Source: Mobula hypostoma (Eukaryota). Taken from it: a stretch of 64,000 nt of DNA. Below are positions 14,807 to 26,083 of the stretch, piece after piece; position 1 is the stretch's first letter, and each line of letters begins with the position of its first letter. The translations under genes and the position numbers were made by a program. The stretch is from contig NC_086097.1 in NCBI RefSeq assembly GCF_963921235.1, positions 164,984,001 to 165,048,000 of the forward strand, given 5' to 3'. A model generated the notes under the pieces. The model did no database searches. It saw only the letters and a list, made by a program, of their open reading frames with translations, and was not told the origin of the DNA.

Positions 14807-15328
14807 CATAGAACATAGAACATAGAATAGTACAGCACAGTACAGGCCCTTCGGCCCACAATGTTGTGCCGACCCTCAAACCCTGCCTCCCATATAAGCC
14901 CCCACCTTAGATTCCTCCATATACCTGTCTAGTAGTCTCTTAAACTTCACTAGTGTATCTGCCTCCACCACTGACTCAGGCAGTGCATTCCACGCACCAA
15001 CCACTCTCTGAGTAAAAACCCTTCCTCTAATACCTTGAACTTCCCACCCCTTACAAAGCCATGTCCTCTTGTATTGAGCAGTGGTGCCCTGGGGAAGAGG
15101 CGCTGGCTATCCACTCTATCTATTCCTCTTATTATCTTGTACACCTCTATCATGTCTCCTCTCATCCTCCTTCTCTCCAAAGAGTAAAGCCCTAGCTCCC
15201 TTAATCTCTGATCATAATGCATACTTTCTAAACCAGGCAGCATCCTGGTAAATCTCCTCTGTACCTTTTCCAATGCTTCCACATCCTTCCTATAGTGAGG
15301 TGACCAGAACTGGACACAATACTCCAAG
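14807..15328 (-). mobile_element. Young HER1/CR1 LINE, 5'-truncated
   Basis: [31 protein letters not shown]; (TTCTATG)n tail. Confidence 0.96.
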
Positions 15329-15782
15329 TATTTCCATAAATGCTGCCTGACCTGCTGAATTCCTGTAGCATTTTGTATGTACTGTTTGAAAATAGTTATT
15401 AGCTATCTCCAGGACAAGCAACAAAAGCCATTTCATATGATAGTTAAGATTCAATCATGTTGTTATGGCCTTAAGATTTACATGTCAGATCAGCTCAGAA
15501 CGGATTGACTTTGTACTCTATTAAAGAGAAAAGTGAACCAGATTTCACCTGTGCTCTATGAATAGAATTGAAATCAGATTTGGCACCCTGGCATTAGGTA
15601 ACATGCTCAATTATATTTAGAATCAGCTAGGGACATGATCTTATTTAAAATCATATGGAAGAAACAGGTCAACACTCACAACTCCTACCTATTAAGATGA
15701 GTTATTGCATGAGGGGAAGATGTAAACATGCACTTTGTATAAACTGGCGAATTTGATTCAATTAACTGTTAATGAAGTGATA

Positions 15783-15801
15783 TACTGCCATCTGCTGGCA
15801 A
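15783..15801 (-). promoter_or_regulatory. CTCF-binding motif match
   Basis: Minus strand reads TTGCCAGCAGATGGCAGTA, close to the CCASYAGRKGGCRS core; lies in non-repeat sequence. Confidence 0.55.
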
Positions 15802-16344
15802 AGGCTATAATACACCAGCAACAACTCTAATCTTTGCACTTCGTTCAAACTGTGCTGTTATCTGAGGCAGTGGCTTAATTACAGAGGACACCAGCTCCCA
15901 ACCTACAACTGGATGTACCCTAGACAAAATAAATTATCATAATAACTTTCAACTACAACCCGTGTATTTTCTTCTATAGGAAGGAGTCGGTGGCAGATCA
16001 GGTGACCTCTGTTCTGATTCCAACCTAGTTTGGACTTGCTTCTTCAAATCTCTTCACCAACCTCTTTTTTTCTTGGCTCTGTAGCTTGCTCCAATTAACT
16101 TTCAGCAGGCCACATGAATTATACCATTGCTATTCCAACACACCCTGAAAAAGTAGGTGTGTAACAGAAGAGAAAGCTGAGGCAAATAGACTTTAAAGAA
16201 GTAAGTCTACTGGCAAGGCAGGGGCAGAATTGGAGTGTGGAAAGTTTGAGAGGCTAAACTGCATTTATTTGAATGCAAAAAGCCTCAGGCGTGATGTGAA
16301 TGAAATGGATTGGTTAGCATGAAACTGTGATATTATAACTATTA

Positions 16345-17134
16345 AGGTGTTCAACCCGGAGAAGTGTGAGGTGGTACACTTTGGAAGGACAAACTCCAAG
16401 GCAGAGTACAAAGTAAATGGCAGGATACTTGGTAGTGTGGCGGAGCAGAGGGATCTGGGAGTACATGTCCACAGATCCCTGAAAGTTGCCTCACAGGTAG
16501 ATAGGGTAGTTAAGAAAGCTTATGGGGTGTTAGCTTTCATAAGTCGAGGGATAGAGTTTAAGAGTCACGATGTAATGATGCAGCTCTATAAAACTCTGGT
16601 TAGGCCACACTTGGAGTACTGTGTCCAGTTCTGGTCACCTCACTATAGGAAGGATGTGGAAGCATTGGAAAGGGTACAGAGGAGATTTACCAGGATGCTG
16701 CCAGGTTTAGAAAGTATGTATTATGATCAGAGATTAAGGGACCTAGGGCTTTACTCTTTGGAGAGAAGGAGGATGAGAGGAGACATGATAGAGGTGTACA
16801 AGATAATAAGAGGAATAGATAGAGTGGATAGCCAGCGCCTCTTCCCCAGGGCACCACTGCTCAATACAAGAGGACATGGCTTTAAGGTAAGGGGTGGGAA
16901 GTTCAGGGGGGATATTAGAGGAAGGATTTTTTACTCAGAGAGTGGTTGGTGCGTGGAATGCACTGCCTGAGTCAGTGGTGGAGGCAGATACACTCGTGAA
17001 GTTTAAGAGACTACTAGACAGGTATATGGAGGAATCTAAGGTGGGGGCTTATATGGGAGGCAGGGTTTGAGGGTCGGCACAACATTGTGGGCCGAAGGGC
17101 CTGTACTGTGCTGTAGTATTCTATGTTCTATGTT
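16345..17134 (+). mobile_element. Young HER1/CR1 LINE, 5'-truncated, same subfamily as 14807-15328
   Basis: 207-aa ORF FNPEKCEVVHFG...[10 protein letters not shown]; ttctatgttctatgtt tail. Confidence 0.96.
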
Positions 17135-17339
17135 AAAACTTATTAAGTGTACCCAGGAAAGTTTTCTCATGTAATACGTAGAAGCACTACTAAAGAAAGG
17201 TCCATATTTGACCTCCTCTTCAGAAATGAGGCTGAGCAAGTGATTGATGTCACATAGGGGGAGCACTCTGAGACTGGTTGTCACAAGTCTGTTAGCTTCA
17301 AGGTTGTAATGGAAAAGGTAGGACTGGTTCTCAAGATAA

Positions 17340-18809
17340 AGTCATTGGTATCTACAGGTGAGGTGCCAGAGGATTGGAGGATAGCTCATGTTGTTCCATT
17401 GTTTAAAAAAGGCTCTAAAAGTAATCCAGGAAATTATAGGCCAGTAAGTTTGATGTCGGTAGTAGGTAAATTATTCAAAGGAGTACTAAGAGATAGGACC
17501 TACAAGTATTTGGATAGACAGGGACTTGTTAGGGAGAGTCAACATGGCTTTGTGCGTGGTAGGTCATGTTTAACCAATCTATTAGTTTTTCGAGGGGGTT
17601 ACCAGGAAAGTGGATGAAGGGAAGGCAGTGGATGTTGTCTACATGGACTTCAGTAAGACCTTTAACAAGGTCCCGCATGGGAGGTTAGTTAGGAAGATTC
17701 AGTCGCTAGGTATACATGGAGAGGTAGTAAATTGGATTAGACATTGGCTCAATGGAAGAAGCCAGAGAGTGGTAGTGAAGGATTGCTTCTCTTGAGTGGA
17801 GGCCTGTGACTAGTCGTGTGCCATAGGGATTAGTTCTGGGTCCATTGTTATTTGTCATCTATATCAATGATCTGTGGTAAGTTGGATCAGCAAATTTGCT
17901 GATGATACAAAGATTGGAGGTGTAGTGACAGTGAGGAAGGTTTTCAAAGCTTGCAGAGGGATTTGGACCAGCTGGATAAATGGGCTGAAAAATGGCAGAT
18001 GGAGTTTAATACAGACAAGTGTGAGGTATTGCACTTTGGAAGGACAAACCAAGGTAGAACATACAAGGTAAATGGTAGGACACTGAGGAGTGCAGTAGAA
18101 CAGAGGGATCTGGGAATACAGATACAAAATTCCCTAAAAGTGGCGTCACAGGTAGATAGGTCATAAAGAGAGCTTTTGGTACATTGGCCTTTATTAATCA
18201 AAGTATTGAGTATAAGAGTTGGAATGTTATGGTGAGGTCGTATAAGGTATTGGTGAGGCCGAATCTGGAGTATTGTGTTCAGTTTTGGTCAACAAATTAC
18301 AGGAAGGATATAAATAAGGTTGAAAGAGTGCAGAGAAGGTTTACAAGGATGTTGCCGGGACTTGAGAAACTGAGTTACAGAGAAAGGTTGAATAGGTTAG
18401 GATTTTATGACCTGGAGTGTAGAAAAATGAGGGGAGATTTGATAGAGGTATATAAAATTATGATGGGTATAGATAGAGTGAATGCAAGCAGGCTTTTTCC
18501 ACTGAGGATAGGGGAGAAAAAAAACAGAGGACATGGGTTAAGGGTTAAGGGTGAAGGGAACATTGGGGGGGGGGTTTCTTCACACAGACAATGGTGGGAG
18601 TGTGGAATGAGCTGCCAGATGAAGTGGTAAATGCGGGCTCACTTTTAACATTTAAGAAAAACTTGGACAGGTACATGGATGAGAGGTGTATGGAAGGATA
18701 TGGTCCAGGTGCAGGTCAGTGGGACTAGGCAAAAAAATGGTTCGGCACAGCCAAGAAGGGCCAAAAGGCCTGTTTCTGTGCTGTAATGTTCTATGGTTCT
18801 ATGGTTCTA
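17340..18809 (+). mobile_element. HER1/CR1 LINE RT and 3' end, frameshifted
   Basis: [20 protein letters not shown]; (TTCTATGG)n tail; same subfamily as 49536-51779. Confidence 0.96.
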
Positions 18810-20063
18810 AGCAGGAATTTGCAAAAGTTGATTGAGGGAGGTTGTTTGCAGGTAAAGGAACTTCAGACAGGCAAGGAAGATTTTGGAGCCAGCACATTCC
18901 TATTAGAGTGAAGGACAAGGCTAGCAGGTTCATAGAATGCTGGCTGATAGTGACTGTTGAGGAAAAAGAAAGGGGCATATTTCAGGTGTAGGCAATTAGG
19001 ATCGAGTAAGATTCTGGAGGATTATAACATCTGTAGAAGTACACTTAAAAAGAAAATCAGAAGGGAAAAATAGGCCATGAGATTTTCCTGTCGGATAGCA
19101 TAAAGGAAAATTCCTTGAAGATTGTACAAGTGTATTAAAGCCAAAAAGGTAACTCAGGTGAGAGTAGAGTTCATAGAATTGTACAGTACAGAAACGGGCC
19201 TTTTGGTCCGACCAGTCCTTGCTGATCAAGATGCCACATCGGGTTAGTTCCATGTGCCAGTGTTTGGCTCAAACCCTTCTGAACCTTTCCAATTCGTGTA
19301 TCCGTCCAACTGTCTTTCAAAAGTTGATATTGTACCTGCCTCAACCACTTTCTCTGGCAGGTCATTCCACGTGCATACCAATATTGGTGGAAAAAATGTT
19401 GCCTCTCAAGTTCTTCTCAAATCTTTCCCCTCCCACCTTAATTCTCTGCCTTTTAGTACTAAATTTCCAAACCCATTTTACCATAAGAGCAGAATTAGGC
19501 CATTCAGCCCATTGAGTCTACATCCCCATTCCATCATGGCTGATTTATTATCCCCTCAACCCCATCCTCTTGCCTTCTCCCTGTAACCTTTGGTACCCTT
19601 ACTAATCAAGAACCTATCAACCTCCACGTTAAATATATCCAATAACTTGGCGCCTGCAATTGTCCAGAGCAATGAATTCTACAGATACTCCATCATGCGG
19701 CTAAAGAAATTCTTCCTCATCTCTGTTCTAAAAGGACATCCACTCTGTCTGAGGCCTTTCAATATTCAGTAGGTTTCAGTGAGATCCCCCCCACCCCACC
19801 TTACTCTTTTGAAATTCAGCAAGCACAGAACCACAGCCATCAAATGCTCCTCATACGCTAACCCCTTCATTCCCAGGATCATTTTCATGAATCTCCTTTG
19901 GACCCTGGACAAGAGACTGTTATAATTATAAAAGGTACTGATCGGGTGGATGACCAGAGTCTGTTTCCCTTGGTAGGGGCTTCTAAAACTAGAGAGCAAA
20001 GGTTTAAGGTGAGAGGGAGGAGGTTTAAAGGGGATTTGAGAGGTAACGTTTCACACAAAGAGT

Positions 20064-20640
20064 GTGTTCGTCCATCGTTCACATTGATGAAGACCTCGAC
20101 ACCATTATGATGGTGTCAAGACTAGCGCATGATATGGATTTAAGTGAGGGAGAGTTGCACAGCGTCAGCCTCACTCTCTGTTCCCAATTCCCATCTGGAT
20201 CCAGCAGCAAGACAAGAGTTGAGACGGCTGGAGATTGGACTAAGCGCAGTGGATGACCAGGACGTCTTCTGTGTCATGTCGTGCTCTACACGTTCCACGA
20301 CGTTTGCAGAGACTGCCTTCTTGATCGTTGGACCTTCCATTGGTCTCGTCCGCTCAATCCACCGGAGTCTGTCTTCACGTGCTGGGATAGACAACTCCCT
20401 ATCTCACCGAGGGTTTGAGACCCGTCGGCTACCCTCACCTGGTTTAGCCGGCTTGTCGAAGCCGTTGCCCAGGGTGTGGCCGCTGTCGCATGCAAACAGC
20501 TACGAGGAGCCAGAGGTGAGAGCTGAGTGCCAGGTGGGGACCAAAGGTGGATTAACTGCCTTGAAAAGGATGTGACATGTTCCATGTTTAGCGATGTATG
20601 GGGTGTCAGGGAGGGGTGGCACCTCTGGTGGGGGAACATG
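20064..20640 (-). mobile_element. RTE-type non-autonomous retroelement with HDV-like ribozyme core and inverted 5' end
   Basis: 13-bp TSD tcacacaaagagt at 20051-20063 and 20641-20653; homologous to 25415-26083. Confidence 0.85.
20434..20520 (-). ncRNA. HDV-like ribozyme core (P2-P3-L3-P1 3'-P1.1-P4-J4/2-P2)
   Basis: Minus strand: CUCACCUCU GGC UCCUCGUA[hairpin]G GCC ACACCCU GGGCAAC GGCUU CGAC AAGCC GGCUAA ACCAGGUGAG. Confidence 0.7.
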
Positions 20641-23442
20641 TCACACAAAGAGTAGCTGGTATCTGGAAAGGGCTGCCAGAGGAAGTCGTGGAGTCAGAAA
20701 GAGTAGTAACGTTGAAGAGGCATCTGGACGGGTACTTGAATGAGCAGGGAAGAGAGGGATATGGAATTACTGAAGGCAAGCAGGATTGGTATGGAAAGGC
20801 AGTGATGTTCAGCATAGACACTGTGAGCTGAATAGCCTGATTCTGTTCTGCCCAGCTCTATCATGTCAGGTCACCGTGCCACATGGTCCACAGCTTACAG
20901 TAGAATAAACAAGAGGTTGTTTTAAACACAACAGGTTCTGCAGAAATCCAGAGCAGCTCACAAAATGGTGGAGAAACTCAGGAGGCCAGGCAGCAGCTAT
21001 GGTTGGGGATAAACAGTCAGTGTTCTGATGAAGGGTCTCAGCCTGAAACATTCCCCTCCCTAGGCTGTTTTCAAAGCACTTTGAGAAGGATACCCAGCCA
21101 CGGAGAGAGCGCAGAAGACAGCAGAACAGAAATTAGGATGGTGAACTGGAGCTGTGAATCGACAGTTGGACTTCCTTGGAGTAGTGAGAGGTGTGGATGG
21201 ATATGTTCAGGTGGACGATTAGGGACTAGGGCCAGGATGAGGCAAATTGTGAGGTCAAGGGTTCATCTTTATCATACAAGAGCTTTGTTCGAGAGTCTTA
21301 TAATAGCAGCATAGAAGCTGTCTTTGAGCCTGGCGGGACTTGTTTTCAACCTTCTGCCTGATGGGGAGAGGGAAAGGGAGAATGTCTGAGATGAGAGGAG
21401 ACTTTGATTATGTTGGTTGCATTCCTAAGGCAACAGAATGTGTAGACAGAGTCCACGGAGGGGAAGCTGGGTTTTTGTGATGGAGAGAATTGTGTCCACA
21501 ACTCTGCAACTTCGAATAGTCATGTGCAGAACAATTGCTATACTAAGTAGTGAATGCCGACAAGAAAATGAATCTTGGGGTAATATATGGTTTCATGTAT
21601 GTACTTTGATAATAAATTTACTATGAAATTTTGAACTTTGAACTTTGATGCATCCAATACTTTCTGTGGTGTATCCATATGAATTGGTTTGATCAAAAAG
21701 AGCATCTGAGGAAGTACGCAGAGGTGCAGGAGTGGCCTCATTAGGATGAGATTTTCTGCAAGAACTGATTACTTTTGCACAGACTTTGATAAGTTACCGA
21801 ATGAGATTTACCTTGTTTAAGAGTTGTGATGTTTTGTCATGAAAGGAGTTAAACTGCGTATAAGTAATTTTTGAATTTGAATTTAAACTTGCAGATATAC
21901 TGCCTGGAACTGAAACTGAACTTAACTATAATACTTGAGAATAGGAATTATATTTGTTTTTTTAACTAACTAGGGATAAGTGTGTGGTTCCTATTCACTG
22001 CCTCCTTCCTGAAACCTGGATTCTCCTGATGGCCTATCAGCTCCCAGTGTAATTTGATTTTCTCTAAAGAGTGCGACGATTAGTCACATACGATAAGACT
22101 GGAGATACGCAGGTGTTACATAATCATGGGGCAATTTACACTGACCAGCTGGTTTGCCTTTGGACTGTGAGAGGAATCCAGAGCACCAGAGGAAACTCAA
22201 GCAGTCATGGGGAGAACACACAAACTCCATGCAGGCAGAGGTGGGAATTGAACCAGAGACACCTGCAGTGTAAAGCATTATGCTAACCACTACACTACCA
22301 TGCTGCCCACTCAGTCCTGATCTTGCAACAGATCCACTTGGTTCTACCAGTTTTCTGTTAAATTTTATTCACATTATCAGGTCCACCCACCTTTTTGCTT
22401 CATGTGCCTAGAAATTAAATGCTAAATGTGGAATATGCAGCATTGATATAATGCACAGATCCTTCGAAATCCAATCCTGGAAACTATTTCTCAGTTCCTG
22501 GAGACTCTAAATGAATTCTAGAGAGTTGGGAGAATTATGCCCAGTCAAATAAAAAATGCTATTAATGTGGTTATCTGGATGGAAAAAGCTTTCTGCCAGG
22601 ACTGGAGGGTCAGGGATCACTGGTGTCTAGCTGCTCTGTGTAATGAAGCTATGACAAACTCTATTTCCAAGGTGATAATTCCTTCTCACTGTCTCACTTT
22701 GAACTAGACAATTTGAAATCTTAGCATTATGTTTAATCCAGAGTTGAATTTGTACCCTGATCCTTTGTACTGTCTGCTTTCAAACCCATTATCTCACCAC
22801 CTTCCTGCTCCAACTTAGCACACCGTCTGAAAGCACTAAGCATTCTTTTGCTGACGACAGCAGTTCCTAGTCTGTAAGTTTTTGACTGGAAATTGCTCAG
22901 TGTTGTTTTTCTCAGACTAAAGCAACACTACTGGCTTTGCTGTGTTTCCTACTGTATACAAGAACATCTGAAAATAGGAATAGCACTCAGGCACTCTGCC
23001 CCTCCATTCAATATGATCATGGCTCCTCAATTCGTTTTCTGTATCATTTCCTGATAACTTCTCCATCTTTCAAATATGTATCTGTCTCCAGCTTAAATGT
23101 ATCTAACAAACTGGACTCCATTACCTTGTGGAGTAGAGAATGCCACAGATTTGCCACTTCCGAGAGAAGAGAAAATTTAAATGACCGTCCTTGTATTATG
23201 TGGTTATTTCCCTTGTTTGTGATTCTCCCATGAGAGAAAACATTTCAGCATCTACTTTGTCACCCATCACCCTCCGTCCCCACCCCACCCCAAGGATCTT
23301 ACACATTTGAATAAGGTCATCCTCACTTTCCTGAAGCTAGAGGAGACCAGGCATAAACCGCCTGGTTCTGATAGGTAAAGCAGCCTCTCACAGCACTCAT
23401 TGAACTCTTAAAGGGATAGGGCACAATGCAAGGGAGTATTGC

Positions 23443-23833
23443 CACTGGACAGTAAATGCTGTGTTGTTGGGAGACATGACAGTAGGAGAGCACTGCCACA
23501 GGATTAAATAGCCTGAACTCACTGGACAATAAATGCTGTGTTGTTGGGAGACATGACAGTAGGAGAGCACTGCCACAGGATTAAATAACCTGAACACACT
23601 GGACAATAAATGCTGTGTTGTTGGGAGACATGACAGTAGGAGAGCACTGCCACAGGATTAAATAGCCTGAACTCACTGGACAATAAATGCTGTGTTGTTG
23701 GGAGACGTGGCAGTAGGAGAGCACTGCCACAGGATTAAATAGCCTGAACTCACTGGACAATAAATGCTGTGTTGTTGGGAGACGTGGCAGTAGGAGAGCA
23801 CAGCCACAGGATTACATAGCCTGAACACACTGG
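23443..23833 (+). repeat. 77-bp minisatellite, 5 full units
   Basis: Unit starts cactgg at 23443, 23520, 23597, 23674, 23751 and partially at 23828. Confidence 0.98.
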
Positions 23834-25414
23834 TAAACTGTCTCCACAGTGGTTATGTTCTTTATGCATGATAGAGCTCCTCTCCCACTCACCCCACCTC
23901 ACCTTCATCCTTCCCCTGGGTTACACAGCAATCCTCCTGGCAAGTTGATTGACAGGCCCCTGAAAGGACATGAATGCATTCAGGAGAAGCATAAGGAGAA
24001 TATATCATCGGAAACAATCCACCACCCATTTAATCGAGTATTACCTCCCCTAAATATGGCTGAGTCCTTGGATCCGATGTAGGGTTTATCAGACTTCTCA
24101 GCATGAACAGAATTGAAGTACAAGCAAGTCAGCCCCAGCTTGAAGCATTCCATTGGAAGACTGGAATAAGTTTGTCCCATCATTGCACAACGATGATCTC
24201 ATCTGGGAAACCTCAGCTACTTATAAACTTTATGAATAGAATTTTGGAAAGTACTTAACTTTTGGAACAGTTTGATCTCAGTCCTCTCGCTCAACCACCC
24301 CACTCCGCCAAATCACTCACCTAGACATCTCACCACTGGCCCAATCACACTCCCTCCTCTTGCAGCAACTCTCACACTTCACACTTATCACTCCACTGCG
24401 CACTGCCCTGTTAGCGCATTGTCACAGGCACCATTACAATTCTAAGCCTACGAAGTCTGTCATTCAGAGTTTTGTGATATACCTAATGAAATTATGAAAC
24501 TAGAATCCACAATAAATCACAGAGAACGAGCGTAGGACAGATGGTATGGCATATGCAAGCAATCAGTCAGCTTCACTAGCTGTAATAGTCTTACGTTGCA
24601 ACTCGGTCTTTGACGTGCCTAACCAGGAACTGTGAACTACATACATGGTGCTGTGACTATTTGTTTAATATTAAAGTTCTTGAATTATATTTTAAATTTC
24701 AGCAGTTATTTACTCAGTAACATAAGAAAGAGTTTTATGCATGTCCTTTTTTGTTGAGCACAAAAAGAATTGAAATTGATGTTAAAATAGGACTGTATGT
24801 TTCAGTGACAGATGGTGTAAATTGGGTGCTAGACAGAAGACAAGCAGAGCCAAGGTGCACACATTAACACAAGCCAGGGTACTTTGTTCCCTGCCTGGAA
24901 TTTTCATAAAGCTGTCACCTCTACTCAGGGAGCTTGATATTTTTTGATTTTCTCTTCTGCAGGCTGTTATTGAAAACCTCAACGTAATTTCCTTTGGTGA
25001 GCACTATTTCCTGGAAGAGGTTCCTTGTTAAATCAACATTTTATGACAATAATATTCATTTAACCCTCATTCCTTTATAACACTTTTTCAGGTGGGTTTC
25101 CATTGGAGAGGTTTAAAAATGTACATAATTAGGAGGTACAAATTCTTCAGATTGACAGAAATATATTCAACTCGATATGAAAGCCTCCAAAATGGATAGA
25201 TCAGCCTTGGTCAATCACTATAGAAGCATTAGCATCTTATACTGGAGTATAAGCATCCTTGCCAAGGAGAGACTCTCTAGGACTATTCTACCGAATCCAT
25301 GCTCTGTGAACATTTTTAATTGCAGAGACACCTCCAGATAGTACAGATAACACTGCCTCTTTGCTGTTTGTGGCAATAGTTGTGATCAAATGGCTTAGTG
25401 TCCTATGTCATGCA

Positions 25415-26083
25415 TGGGGTGTATGGGGTGTCAGGGAGGGGTAGCACTTCTGGTGAGGGAACATGTCGCATCCTTTTCAAGGCAGTTAACCCACCTTTGG
25501 TCCCCACCTGGCACTCAGCTCTCACCTGTGGCTCCCCATAGCCGTTTGCATGCGACAGCGGCCACACCCCAGCCAACGGCTTCGACAAGCCCTCAAACCC
25601 TCGATGAGATAGGGAGATGTCTATCCCAGCATGTGAAGACAGACTCCGGCGGATTCAGCGGATGTGACCAATGGAAGGTCCAACGGTCAAGAAGGTGGTC
25701 TCTGCAAGCGTCGTGGAATGTGTAGAGCACGACAAGACACGGAAAACGTCCTGGTCATCCACTGTGCCTAGTCCCATCTCCAGCCATCTCGACTCTTGTC
25801 TTGCCGCTGGATCCAGATGGGAATTGGGAAGAGAGAGTGAGGCTGACGCTGCGCAACTCTCCCTCACCTAAATCCAAATCGCGCTAGTCTCGACACCAAG
25901 ATCCAGCTGGTGGCGCAGTGGCATCAGTGCTAGACTCTGGAGCAAAGGGTCCCGAGTTTGAATCCAGTCGGGCCGCTCCCAGGCACGCTTTCCACCCGTG
26001 CCAGGTTGAGTGTCGAGCTAGCAACTCGACCTTGTAAAAAGTACTAACGGTGTCGAGGTCTTCATCAATGACGATGGATGAAC
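25415..26083 (+). mobile_element. Second copy of the RTE-type non-autonomous element, with internal deletion and nested SINE
   Basis: Co-linear with the reverse complement of 20064-20583; possible TSD catgca at 25409-25414 and 26084-26089. Confidence 0.85.
25899..26040 (+). mobile_element. Short tRNA-derived SINE nested in the RTE-type element
   Basis: A box tggcgcagtgg, B box gagtttgaatcc; related to the 5' half of 48942-49249. Confidence 0.85.

Larger units (their letters stand above)
19170..20860. mobile_element. Mosaic of CR1/HER1 3' fragments in both orientations
   Basis: Minus-strand pieces 19170-19908; plus-strand piece 19920-20860 interrupted by the RTE-type element. Confidence 0.75.

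Noticed and set aside
20144..20648. Overlapping 120-143 aa ORFs
   Set aside because: GC-rich non-coding retroelement sequence; frames are not preserved in the second copy at 25415-26083.
23443..23833. CRISPR-like regular repeat
   Set aside because: Units are contiguous and near-identical with no unique spacers; eukaryotic context and no cas genes.
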